Positions 14,105-26,625 are shown, numbered from the stretch's first letter. The stretch is DNA of 64,000 nt from Octopus sinensis (GCF_006345805.1 NC_043000.1:68324001-68388000), one strand, 5' to 3'. Notes: generated by a model not told the origin, from the letters alone. Numbers and translations: made by a program.

Positions 14105-15410
14105 ATGCCTCATTTTATGAGCGACATGAGTTTACGCAGAAACTCTAGCGATAACAGCGTAAAAGAGACTGGATCTTTAAGGGAAAGCCTCTCACTCGGC
14201 AGTGGTTCAGTACAGATGCAGGCTGACCTCAGCCGTTCTTCTAAGACAGCGTCAACGCATAATAGTGTGATGAGAAAGAAATGGGCAAATGAAGAGAATA
14301 TGATTGTGACTCCAAAGTAAGAGGTTACAGAAAACGTATGTCAGCACTTTGGTTAAAGAAAAGTATGTTTGATATAAGAAAGCAGAGACTAGTAAACCAG
14401 GCTCGTGTTAGGTGAAATAAGTGAATGACAGAATTGGCGGTAGAAGATCAGTATCAACTGAATAAAATGTTTGAGACAGACCGGAGGAGAGTCTATCGCC
14501 AAATAAATAGTTTAGAAGCAACTACTGAAGATGAGAAGCTTAATGCGGAAGAAGCTAGAAAGTTCTGGAGTGATTTTTTGGGATAAACCAGTTAATCATA
14601 ATGGGGATGCAGCATGGTTAAAGAAGTGATGGAAGCAACTAGATCGGAAAATAACTAGTGCATTTAGTAGTAAGTGTTAGGAACAATGTCAAATTGGGAG
14701 AGCCCAGAACCAGATTTAGTTCAAGGATATTGGTGAAAGAAATTTAGTAGCTTACATGAGGGACTGAGGGAGCAACTTCAGGATTGCCTGGATGGATGAC
14801 TAGAGGGAAAACAGTACTCCTTATGAAAGATAAAAGCAAGAGCAATAGAGCTAGTAATTATGGACTAATCACTTACTTACCATTGTTGTGGAAGCTGTTA
14901 ACAGAAATACTCTCAGAAAGCATTTACGAGCACTTTGGCAGCCAGAATTTAGTTCCAGAAGAAGAGAAAGGTTGCGGGAGAAAGGCTAGAGGAACGCAAG
15001 CAGTTCTAAAAGAAGAATTTAACAATAGCCTGGACAGATTATAAAAAATCCTATGACATGATTCTACACTCATGGATAAGTGTATGTTTGAGAATATTCA
15101 GTATGGCAGACAACTTAAGAGTGTTAATTAGCTATAACGTAAAGAAATGGAAAGTACATCTCTACTTATGTGATAGTCTTTGGGTAAGTTAATATCAAAG
15201 AGAGGAATTTTCTATGGAGACTCTTTATCCTCTTTAATATTTGTATTTTTTAAAATCACCCTCGGTTCCTAAAGATTTGAACAGCTGGATATAAGAAATA
15301 GGCATAAAACCTAGTTTAGTGCAGCTCCACAAAACAATATTACTAGGGATAGCTAGGATATTTAGGGAGGTTCTTGGCATTCAAGGTTACTTGTTGTAGC
15401 CGATGTTAGG
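14105..15410 (+). mobile_element. R4/Dong-clade LINE with large internal deletions
   Basis: N-terminal RKKWANEEN and RGYRKRM; RT pieces WMTRGKTVLLMKDK..NY..IT.LP..WKLLT, AWTDYKKSYD, RGIFYGDSLS; C-terminal LHKTILLGIARIFREVL. Confidence 0.8.
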
Positions 15411-15429
15411 GAATATTTTCCAACAGTCT

Positions 15430-15537
15430 AATCTGCTGAAAGGATGAAAAGCAAAGTCAATCCCGACGGAATTTGAGCTCAAATAGTGAAGAGCCGGTGA
15501 GTATTTTGTCCGACGCGCTAACGATCCTGCACCGCTG
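15430..15537 (-). mobile_element. SINE family A, 5' half
   Basis: gaaaggatgaaaagcaaagtcaatcccgacggaatttgagctc...gctaacgatcctgc. Confidence 0.7.
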
Positions 15538-16636
15538 TATAACAACAATAACAACAAAAGCAACCACAACAGTATCAGAAATAATACTAATGTTGACTTT
15601 TGTAATCGCCACAGGAGCCTCGAAAATACTTATCATTTTATGATATGATATATATGTCTGGAATGGCTAAGCTTTCAATAAAGTAGTCATCTTTATTTAT
15701 CTATTCATTTCTTTATCTTTATTTTGTCGTGCACGAACGTTATTTAGTTTACAAATTATAGACAGTCAGGTGGGTAATATGTTCATTTGGCAAAGCCTTT
15801 GTTACAATGTAACTTCCTTTCCATAAGTGATTTTCACTGGGTGTACTCGTACACACAAAGCTAAACAGGTAACACTTTAACAGGCGCACAGTGTAAAAAG
15901 GCATTGTAACTTTTAAACGGAAGGTATAAGTCATCAGAGGTGTCCCTTTTCTAACACTCACCACTTCAAAGGAAACCGATGCTACTGTTTGAGAAATGAT
16001 AGGTTTGTTTTGCTCCGATGACCTTTATTTAGCACCAACCGAACAGAAAGATATTCAGAACAAAAAAGATTTTAATTAGTGAAATGTATTAAATCACTGT
16101 TTGAATTGAACGGAGAATGCGTTAATGACAACTTGCTTGCTATACTGCAGCCCACCCCCAACAGCTCAAAAACGGGACAAATTATATAAAGCATTTTTGT
16201 ATAATTCCTATAAAAGTTTGCTGACATCTCATAGCTATTGACAATTATTTGTGTCATTTTGATGTATGTGATAACATTAAAGATTGTGTATCATATCATT
16301 AGTGAAAACTTGACTCTAGATTTTGTTGCATGGTGCGGAACTTTGTGATGCAATGTTTTATAGAACCCTAGGAGTAGTGAAAAAAAATTCACCATCACCA
16401 CACGCATAATGGGACCCCTGAGATACTGGTCGTAAATAAAATGTGAAAAGGACGTTTGATCCACTCTTAAAAGAGGACACACTCATTCAAGAGATAATAA
16501 ACCGCCGTTCAAACAAATTCTCTTTTTATCGTCGGTGTTAATAGGATTTATAGAAAAAGAGGACGACACTTTCGACAGGTTTCCGAAAGATGATGTATAG
16601 GGGAGTCTTTTTGGTCTAGTGGATAAGGCATTAGGA

Positions 16637-19273
16637 CAGTGGTTCTCAAACCGTGCGCCGCAAGATGTAATTAAGTGCGCCTCGAAAAAGTAAGATTATA
16701 TTTCAAAATATGAAAATACAAACCGAAATTCACTATATAAATGTCAAAGTGGCAAAAAATTAAATACTAAGTTCTAAATTTAGAATAAGAGGTGGTTGTG
16801 TCATTCAATTCATTAAGGCTAATTGTGGTATGACAGTGTTATTCAATTTTGAATCTGAAATTTCATAAGAACTAAATTAGCATCAATCTGTCCTCGAAAT
16901 TGACGTCTTATGGATATATTCAGTGCACGACTATGTTTCACTTTATTTCGGTCGTAGCTTCAGCAGTTTTCATTTCAATGATATATGTGAACTATGAACT
17001 ATTGAACTAAAATATACTATGTTGAACTAAGTCTTTTAATACGTCCTTACGTATTGCGACTGTATTTCAACTTTTTTCATTCATATAGTGGCGAGAATTT
17101 TCACCTTTTCAATTAATTTTGAAAAAACTTCTCAAAAGTGTCCGATAATATGTGACACGCTGTCACTTTTCACAGCTCACTGGTCACTTGTCTCAGTCTC
17201 AGTTTGACTCTGTTAGTAATCTGTGCTCTTTCTGCAAGACAATTCATATTAACAGACTAAATTATCCATAAAATGGAAAAGTTTATTAAGAGGAAACATA
17301 ACCGTGACGATTATGAAAGTGAACATTCATCAAAAGCAACTAAGCCTAGTGATATTAATGCGAAAAATCGGCCTAATTGTAAATATTGCAATAGTTATTT
17401 AAAGTTTTGGTCTCATTGGACTGGCAACGAGGATAAACCTCTTCCGCTGTGTGTTGTTTGTGGTGAAAAGGTGTCAACTTGCCCAGCAAGTTGAAGAGAC
17501 ATTTTACAACGAAACACTCACATCTTCAATGTAAAGATCTGGATTATTTCCAAAGACTGCTAGAATAGCAATCTAAACAAAGAAATTATTTGAAAAAAGG
17601 ATGAATGCTTATGAAAAGGCTCGAGTTGCGTCTATTAAGATTGGCGAAATGATTGCACTACAAACGAAATCACATACTTTAGCCGAGTCGATTATCTTAC
17701 CCGCTTGTAGAAAGATGGTTAAAACCATGTTATGTGATGAAGCCGAGCAAGAAATAAGCAAGATTCCACTCTCAAATAATACAATCCACAGGAGACTTAT
17801 GGATTTATCTGCTGATATAGAGGAAAATGTACATAACAAACTTCAGAACTCAGAATTTGCTCTACAAGTTGACGAATCAACTGACATTAGCAGCAAAGCA
17901 CAATTACATACATTTATTCACTTTATTGATGGCAACCAAATCGTAAATCAGTTCTTTTGTTGCGAAGAAATGCCACTCACTACAAGAGGTCAAGATATTT
18001 TTGACATTTTATCTGCCTACCTCGAAAAATGGGATTTATCCTGGAATTCATGTGTTGGAATATGTACCTATGGGGCACCATCTATGATAGGCTCTATTAA
18101 AAGTTTTGTATCGCTCGTACAACAGCAAAATCTTAATGTTATGCCTACATATTGATTCCTACATAAAGAAGTACTAGTTTCAAGAACAATACCAGTTGAC
18201 TCAAAACAAGTATTAAAGCAAGTAGTTGAAATAGTTAATTATATTAAAAGTAGGTTGTTGAAGTGTCGCTTATTTGAACAAATTTGTGTTGATATGGATT
18301 CCTAGCACAAGCACTTACTTTTACAGTCAGATTGTTCCCAAAAGGTAAGGTGCTACGTCACATACATGAAATCCAGAAGGAATTGCATGTATTTTTTAAA
18401 CAAGAAAAACATGAACGCTTCCTGGAATATCTACAATATGAATTTTGGGTTTCCAAGCTAAAATATTTAACAGAGATATTTGCACAACACACGTATGCAA
18501 GTTAGAGATGAAAATATTCTCACTTCGACAGATAAGGTGGTTTCATTTGAGATAAGGTGGTTTCAATAGAGCTGAAGGTGGTAACTTCGAAATGTTTCCG
18601 TTAATAAGTAAAAACTGTATAAAAGAAATGATACCTATTGTATTTGAATATTTGACAAATCTGGAAGAAAAAATATACTTTATTTTCTGTCATTGAACAC
18701 AAGAGTATGATTGGGTTCGAAATCCCTTCATAAAAATTCCATCTAATATTGGTCTGAAAATATGTGAAGAAGAGGAATTGACATCTATATCCAAAGATCG
18801 CAGACTTAAAATCAAGTATGCTGAGTTACCTATTGATACATTTTGGATTGCTATTATAGGAGAATACCCCTCAGTAACAGAAAAAGCTTTATCCGTTTTG
18901 ATGCAGTTTTCCACATCGTATTTATGTGAGTTGGGATTTTCAGCCCTCAATAGCATCAAATCTAAATGAAAGAGAAAGGCTCCGTTGCATCGAAGAAGAA
19001 ATGAGGTTTTCCTTTCTCAAGTACGTCCTGATATTGAAAACGTTTCCCAAAAATATCAAGCGCATGTTTCTCATTGATAACTTTATATATAACTTCATAT
19101 ATTGAATAAAGAGTAAGTACATGCAATTGTTCTGTATTACTTTATAGTTTATGCTATGCTAATATGTATAAAACCCCTTTTGAATAGATTTTAGAATTTA
19201 TGTACAAAATACGCCAAAATATTTTGACTTCTTGTAAGGTGCGCCGTGAGTAAAAAAAGTCTGGGAACCACTG
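16637..19273 (+). mobile_element. hAT transposon (Buster/Charlie type) with decayed transposase
   Basis: TIRs CAGTGGTTCTCAAAC vs CAGTGGTTCCCAGAC (13/15). BED-finger region (PLCVVCGE...[10 protein letters not shown]), FALQVDESTD catalytic motif, C-terminal dimerisation motif FSTSYLCELGFS; frameshifts and stops. Confidence 0.93.
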
Positions 19274-19341
19274 TACCCCAAGTACTGCAATGAAGGCCTC
19301 AGAGGGGGACTATATAGCTCTCACTAAAAATATATCTCATT

Positions 19342-19595
19342 GAAGGACGTGGTGATAGTTCAGAGAACATAACAGATAATTGACGAAAGATTGATATAAT
19401 TCTGAGTTCAAATCCAACTTAAACAAAATATGATTTGAAGTCGGACTGGCATCTCGTTCAGGGGTAGTTTCTGGCTGTTGACCTGCCTACCCACCTAGCC
19501 AACGAGTGGCATCGTTCGAAAGCTACAACAATGCGAGGAAGCGCATTGTGACCAGTAGTGTATAACAACATCCGATTTTCTGGTCAGTACAGTGA
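19342..19595 (+). mobile_element. SINE family E, degenerate
   Basis: caatgcgaggaagcgcattgtgacca matches the reverse complement of part of 39785-40052. Confidence 0.6.
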
Positions 19596-19769
19596 TACAT
19601 ATGTGTGTGTGTGCACGTGTCTGTTTGTGCACGTGTCTGTTTTATAGCAAATTATTTTGTAAAAGATATGAATTTCATTATATTCCGAACCACTTTACTG
19701 CAAATTCTAAGAAATCATATTTCTCAAAAAACTTATGGAAAAGAAAAGTGACCTACATAATTTCATCGT

Positions 19770-20280
19770 ATGTAGTGGCATTCTAGTGTTGTTGCATGGG
19801 AGTGTAATGGCATAATAATGTGGTAGCATTAGAGTGTGCCGATACCATAGTACAATCACACAGAATGGTAGTGGTATCGTAGTGTTGTAACATTTAGTAA
19901 TGTGGCATTCTAATGTAAGGTGCAATGTAATGTACTGACAGCCGCATCGTTTCGTAATGACATTATAGTGTGGTGCTGTAGCTTCTTGATGTAGTGGTAT
20001 TGTAGTGTATTGTCATGGTTGTGTAGTAGCCTCGCAGTGTAGGGATATTGTAGTGATATCATGGCTTCCTAGTTTTGTGACATCACAGTACTGGGGCGGA
20101 ATGCACTAATGTCGTATATAGTGACGTTATGTTGTAGTGTAATGATATCGTATTGAAGTGATATTGTAGTGTAGTAGCCTCGTGGCATAGTAGTATCATA
20201 GTGTACAGTCATCGTAATGCAGCGGTATCATATGGTAGTGGCAGAGTAGTTTACTGACATCGTGGTGCAGTGATGGTGGA
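19770..20280. repeat. Degenerate GTAGTG-based minisatellite/low-complexity tract
   Basis: Recurring tgtagtg, gtagtggca and atcgtagtg units. Confidence 0.7.
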
Positions 20281-20827
20281 GAGCATGATCATATGTCGAA
20301 CCACGATGGCAACTTTGTTCGACTGCCAGTTACAAAACAGACTTTTATTCATGTTGTTAACTTGAGGAATGTATGAAGGCCACAACTTTTCTTTCTCATT
20401 ATCTATTATAACCTTACCCGCGTAATGACAACGATTAGGATGTCTTCCCGAGAATCAGATCCATAGAGTTCAGATGTACATATTCAATAAATGTCTTGAT
20501 GCTAAAATGTAAGAAAGAAAAGGAGATATAGAGCGAGAAGAAGAAAGGGAAGTGAAGAGGAAAGAGTCAAGGGATAACAGCTTTGATAAAGATAATAATG
20601 TTAAGCTTCTAACAATAAAATATATCGTTTTCTCAATATAAAATTAGGTTCATTCCATGTTTATTAAAACTTCGTACTGGAGAATAAAGGAGAATTGTGT
20701 GGGACAGAGTATAGCTACAAGTGTAACAATGTAACTATAACACTTTCACTTATAGTAATAATAATCCTTTGATAGAGTTTAGTGTAAACAATTCCAGTTA
20801 TAATAAATAATATTTGGAATGAAAAGT

Positions 20828-20919
20828 GCCTCGGTAGCGCAGTAGGCAGCGCGTCACTCGCATAATGAAACAAGGTCTGTGCAGGGATCTGAAGGTTGTG
20901 AGTTGATCCCACCTGGGCA
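20828..20919 (+). tRNA. tRNA-Met: tRNA-Met(CAT) elongator-like gene with 22-nt insert at 37/38, probably a pseudogene
   Basis: GCCTCGGTAGCGCAGTAGGCAGCGCGTCActcgCATA[atgaaacaaggtctgtgcaggg]ATCTGAAGGTTGTGAGTTGATCCCACCTGGGCA aligns with the metazoan eMet tRNA as I recall it; TTTT at 20926-20929. Lesions at positions 30 and 33, in the T-arm and in the acceptor stem. Confidence 0.8.
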
Positions 20920-20932
20920 CGTTGCTTTTATT

Positions 20933-21145
20933 AAGGCAGCGAGCTGGCAGAATCATTAGCACGCTGGGCAAAATGCTTAGCGGCATTTCATCTGTCTTTT
21001 CGTTCAAATTCCGCCGGAGGACGACTTCGCTTTTTACCCTTCCGAGGTCGATAAGATAAGTACCAGTTAAGCATTGGAGTCGATGTAATCGACTTACCTC
21101 TATCCTAAAATTGCTGGCCTTTTGCCAACATTTGAAACCAATATT
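20933..21145 (+). mobile_element. SINE family A, near full length
   Basis: ggcagcgagctggcagaatcattagc...gttcaaattccgcc...tttgaaaccaatatt. Confidence 0.88.
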
Positions 21146-21550
21146 TAGGACGAAAGGAGGTCGTTAGTAGTGTCGTCGTCGTTAATACCAATAAGCGTTG
21201 CTACTAATGACAGTTTGTTGGTTTTGTTATTATTCCCAACAAAGCTATTGTTTTTATTGTCACATTTTGTTCCAACTACTTAAATTAAACATACCCTTTC
21301 ATACTTCCTCTCAAAGTACTACATAATTGTATCAATACATAATAAACGTGCAATGAATAATGTTCTATACGGTCACTAGACCTACTAAATATAACAACCT
21401 ATAAGTTAACAAATCACTATCTTAAAGTCCGTAGATCATCTCAGTCTGGACTTACTTTTGGTTAAACAATAACAATAACAACACATGGTGGATACCTCAA
21501 CGATTATAATGTCGGTTAACATGCAGTTTACCGTCGTAGAAAAATGAAAG

Positions 21551-22749
21551 TAAATTGTCCTGGAAGAAATGAAAATTGCGATAGAAACTGGAAGTGATGA
21601 CAGTGACATCCCGTAATTTTATGTAAACATGTGACACTCTCTTATCTACATGTACTTGAAATTAATTATTATTGGTAGAGTCAAGTGTTTTTTCTCAAAA
21701 AAGGAACTGACTCGTATAGTTCGAGTGAATCCACTGGAACAATCCACCTTTTTCTATCGGTTCTTTCTCTACAGATCATTTATCGTGCAGGAGTATTACA
21801 TTGCTCATGTAGTGGATCTTGCATGCATGAAGTGGATTCGATCCACCATAGCCAAATTAAAATTAACGCTGCAACAGAACTGTTCCCATAGTGGAACAAT
21901 GGTTTTTCTCTGACAGCGGTTTTACATTTTCCAGATGCCTTTAGCTAGGCCGAAATAATGTCTTCACTACTTGACCATTTCTAACCTCTTCTACTTCACC
22001 AAAAGCTAGAATAGAGACAACAAGACCACCAACTAAATCTATTGTTCTCAACGATATATCTATCCTTCTGAATCTTTATATAAGCAAGCATACCCCAAGC
22101 AAAAATCAGTTAGTCACAGTAGGTGACGACTCAACGAGGTCTGGCTGACCAACCTTGGTCAGAGGGAGAAAGCAACTGTGAGACAACACCCTACAATTCT
22201 CTCTAGCTCTAATTCTGTTCTCTTGCAACATCATTCTATCGCTATCTGTGGATTATTACTAACTATTCCGTTACGCCAAACTATGTAATACAACATTCTA
22301 CCGCACCAAACTTTACTTCGCATGCTTTTGGATTTATCATAACCTGTCCGTCGAGGCAAGGTATTGTAACATAACGGTAAACAAATATTTCCTTAAAACT
22401 TCATGCATTGTCTATCTTACACATCTTACAACTTGCCGTCCTAACAACAAATCTTTATCATCACAACTGTTGACTCCGACAATTTCATATTATTGTTTAC
22501 ACTCACATAAAGCTGTGTTGACTGTCATGCGTCGATGTGCAAGCCAACAAATTGCTTTCTCAGTAATGTTCATTGATGGTTATAGAACACTAGAACAATG
22601 TACTTCAGCTGCTATTTCAGAAATATTAAAACGCATTACTAGAATGTAATATACGCTGTGGTGTCTGTGGCATGAAATTCTTGTATGCCACTGTCGTCAC
22701 TTCCGGTTTCTATCGCCGTTTACTTTTCCATTTTTTAAGGGCAATTTAG
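21551..22749. mobile_element. Non-autonomous TIR element with ~80-bp imperfect TIRs, superfamily uncertain
   Basis: taaattgtcc...gcgatagaaactggaagtgatgacagtgacatc...aattttatg is the inverted match of catgaaattc...ccactgtcgtcacttccggtttctatcgc...gggcaattta. No TSD recognised. Confidence 0.7.
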
Positions 22750-22856
22750 GAAGTATAAGTAAGCATATAAACATGTCAATCGAAGAGGCCTTTATCTTTA
22801 AAAAAAAGCCAACCAAACAAACAAAAGATAATCCCCTCCCCACAAGTTAGTTACTA

Positions 22857-23026
22857 ATAGTCTTTTCTACTCTAGGAAAAAGGTCCGATATTTTTGGGGA
22901 GGGGGCCAGTCGATTAGATCGACCCCAGTGCGTAACTGGTACTTAATTTATCGACCCCGAAAGGATGAAAGGCAAAGTCGACCTCTACGAAATTTGAACT
23001 CAGAACGTAAAGACAGACGAAATACC
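22857..23026 (-). mobile_element. SINE family A, head missing
   Basis: Well-preserved body and tail; abuts the next copy. Confidence 0.9.
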
Positions 23027-23250
23027 TATTTCTTTACTGCCCACAAAGGGCTACACACAGAGAGGACAAACAAGAACAGACAAACGGAATAAGTCGATTA
23101 TATCGACCTCAGTGCGCAACTGGTACTTATTAAATCGACCCCGAAAGGATGAAAGGCAACCGGAATTTGAACCCAAAACGTAGCGGCAGAAAAAAAACCG
23201 CTAAGCATTTCGCCCGGCATGCTAAGGTTTCTGCCAGCTCGCCGCCTTCG
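23027..23250 (-). mobile_element. SINE family A with an alternative 3' tail
   Basis: Family A head and body joined to the tail tatttctttactgcccacaaagggctacacacagagaggacaaac (plus-strand reading). Confidence 0.85.
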
Positions 23251-23252
23251 TA

Positions 23253-23495
23253 GTATGTTTGTATGTATGTATGTATGTATGTATGTATGTATGTATGTAT
23301 GTATGTATGTATGTATGTATGTATGTATGCAATTCATGTATGTATGTATGTATGTATGTATGTATGTATGTATGTATGTATTGAAAGATGTATTATGTAT
23401 GTATGTATGTATGTATGTATGCAATTCATGTATGTATGTATGTATGTATGTATGTATGTATGTATGTATTGAAAGATGTATTATGTATGTATGTA
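23253..23495. repeat. (TATG)n containing an internally duplicated ~90-bp unit
   Basis: The interruptions gcaattcatg and attgaaagatgtatt each occur twice in the same order. Confidence 0.9.
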
Positions 23496-23534
23496 TCTAT
23501 CAATCTGTATATCTCTTTCTCTCTCTCTCTCTCC

Positions 23535-23582
<48 letters not shown>

Positions 23583-23742
23583 ATATAGATAGATATAGAC
23601 ACACATATATGTGTGAGGGTGTGTATGTGCGTGCATGTATAGGTGTATATACACTGGTATATATATAGCATATTAATGCACCTATAAATTTAGTAAGATA
23701 TATACGGTAGCGTAAAATATTTATTGGACATACATACGCACG

Positions 23743-23782
<40 letters not shown>

Positions 23783-23839
23783 CACGTTCACACAAGCACG
23801 CTCGCACAGGCTGGCTCACACAAGCACGCACTCTCCCTA

Positions 23840-23914
<75 letters not shown>

Positions 23915-24179
23915 CATAAAACATTTGTGCCGGTCTTAAATCTTTTGTTTTTTAAACGTTGTAGCCATTACGGCTCCTTAAAGTCACCAAGCGCTGCCAA
24001 AAATATAATTTCTGAAATAAGAAAAAATAAAATATTCCATTCGTTCAGAACCTGGAGAATACAATGCTCAGCAAGAAATTTCCTAGGTAGATCTATTTTT
24101 TAATCCCTCTTGCTCTTCGAAAAGACACGAAGGTTACAATTTCTCATAAAATATTCAGGTTTCATGCAATAAGCAATAC

Positions 24180-24545
24180 TCAGAGGAAGATTCTTGGATT
24201 CATTCACACGGAACGAGTTGATGAAGCACTACTTATATGACATTGATATATTAACAATATGATTGCCAGCATGAGCTCATTACTGGGCATTCATGTGCAA
24301 CAAACCTCTAGTCGTACTAGAGTTTAGGACTAAATGTCTAGATTAAGGCGTTCCAGTTGATGTAATTTACTTGTATTTAACTGAAACTTTTGACCTTGTC
24401 GCATACAAAAGACTGCTGAAGAAACTATAGGTGTATGAAATAAAAGGGAAACGCCTGGAGTTAATTGAACACAACTTGACTGATAGGCATCAAGTTGCCA
24501 ACGTAAATTGTTCTTTCTCATGTTGGGCCCTTGCCGCCATATCAT
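24180..24545 (+). mobile_element. CR1/L2-type LINE RT fragment, degenerate
   Basis: QHELITGHSCATNL, CLD*GVPVDVIYLYLTETFDLV..RLLKKL..YEIKGK resembles CR1 RT subdomains. Confidence 0.65.
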
Positions 24546-24769
24546 AAACGAGTGTACCCAATCGAATACTAGTTGTTACAGAATGGCTGGCGCCCTAGAC
24601 TATCTATGTTTTAGTGCCCTCTGTAACAAGAAAGGAAGACGAGACGAGGTGAACTGATAAATCTGGGAGCTTGAGTGCCGCTAGTTTATTTACTATGAAC
24701 ATATAGAAATAATCTTTCAAGATAATTTTTAATAATTATTAGAATGTTGACAAGTTTTAGCCTTTCTTC

Positions 24770-25060
24770 AAAGATGTTGCCGATATTTGTTTTAAGATTA
24801 ACTATACGAAAGATGCTGTTACACTTCGCGAGACGAACTTTTCATCGTTTTTTTGTAGAAACGATATAAATTCCTTAGTTTACAAAGGCGTCGACAGTTT
24901 TCCGAAGGTTTTATGTGATTGTGCCCCTTATCCCTCCCGAGTGTAAGCGTTGTATTCAGTATTCGAGGCATTATCATACAAAGTTTGATTTCAAACTCCT
25001 ATTTGAAGGACGGGCGATAGATTCTGAGATGGTGTCTCTGAAGAGAGCAATATCTTCAAT
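24770..25060 (-). mobile_element. Possible Penelope-like RT C-terminal remnant
   Basis: Minus frames give YDNA and NLKTNIGNIF, resembling PLE motifs Y.NAL..SGY and V.TN.G..FL; heavily decayed. Confidence 0.3.
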
Positions 25061-25135
25061 ATAATCTGATATTGTTATTATCTCTCGAAAGTATGGATTT
25101 CCGGGTGGCCTGTTGATCAATGTTAAGAGAAACTA

Positions 25136-25351
25136 GGCGGCGAGTTAGCAGAATCATTAGCAGGCCGAGCAAAATGCTTCGCTGCATTTTGTCCCTCTTT
25201 ACGCTCTGAGTTGAAATTCCACCGAGGTCGATTTTGCCTCTCATTCTTTCGGGGTCAACAAAAAAGTGTCAGTTGAGTATTGAGGTTGATACAATCAACT
25301 TATCCCTCCCCTGAAATTGCTGGCCTTGTACCAAAACTCGAAGCCAATGTT
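25136..25351 (+). mobile_element. SINE family A
   Basis: ggcggcgagttagcagaatc...gaggtcgattttgcc...ccttgtaccaaaactcgaagccaatg. Confidence 0.85.
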
Positions 25352-26300
25352 AAGAGAAACTTCTGTGTCACTGTAGAATTAATGTTACTCATTATTAAAT
25401 AACTAACCATTGTAAATTAATTTACGCACGCTGTGTAAATAAATGTGCAAGCAGCGTAAATAAATGTATATAAACAATATTGTATATAAACGATATCGGT
25501 CGTAGCCGGCTGATATCGATGACAGTTATTTACGTCTATCCAGGGTATTTAATTAATTTTTTATATACACACATCTTAAAATCTATTTATTTAATCATGA
25601 TCACCATCTAGTCAAATTATTCGGGTCTGCCTGACTCAATCGCACCCACATCACAGTCATGCTTAGCATTTGAGAAACCAAAAAGGCAACATCCTGTACT
25701 AGTTCAGAGATGATCAATATAACGTTTTGCTTGACCGCTGACCGCTGACCCTTTGTCAACTGTGTGGTAACTCAGCAAATACCCGGAGATAAGCTTAATG
25801 GCACTTACACTTGCATGTTACGGGCCATTATGAATATCCAGTACAAATATTATCAGGCCAAGGATAATATGCTAGTCTTCTTGCAATAACTGCTGTCATG
25901 AGAGAGAGAGAGAGAGAGAGATACACGTGTTTTTCAGGATATCGCAGGAGAGCTGTGCAATAACTCATTAGTGACACTACTATGGAACCCCAACATAGAT
26001 ATATCATCGTCTACAGCTGATATTGTTTGTATACATTTATTCACAGTTTACGCTGACATGTAGATTTATTTTGTAGCATATCATAGAATCAAAAATGAAG
26101 ATGCTAGGCATCAGTAATTAATCAAAGCAGTATTATTTTAAGAATTTAAATCTCAAAGTCTTAAACTCTGTCATACCAGAAATGCCCCCGATATCTTTGC
26201 CTTCTTATAGAAACATATTGAATACATTTAACAACGATTATGCTATATGTCTTTCGGTTTTTCACCAGGACGAATACAGTATAGTTGCGTCAATATAGTT

Positions 26301-26625
26301 GAAGACGTGTGACTTAGTGGTTAGGGCATTCTGTTCACGAGTGTATGGTCATGAGTTCGATTCCCGGCGGTGTGTTATGTCCTTGAGCTAGATACTTTAT
26401 TTCACCTTGTTCCTGTCATCTCAGATGGCAAACGTGAGTAGTACTTGTAGTTCAAAGGACCAGCATTATCACATTCTGTGTCACACTGAATTTCCCCGAG
26501 AACTATGTTAAAGATACGCCCATCTGTGAAGTTCTCAGCCACTGTCACATTAATTTCGCAACTGGGCTGCTCTGTTGATCTGATCAACTGGAACACATAT
26601 CGCTGTAACCGACGGAGTGCCAGTA
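26301..26625 (+). mobile_element. SINE family C (tRNA head, CORE-like gtccttgagc)
   Basis: gtgacttagtggttagg (A box), gagttcgattccc (B box); inverted match to 37648-37961. Confidence 0.8.
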
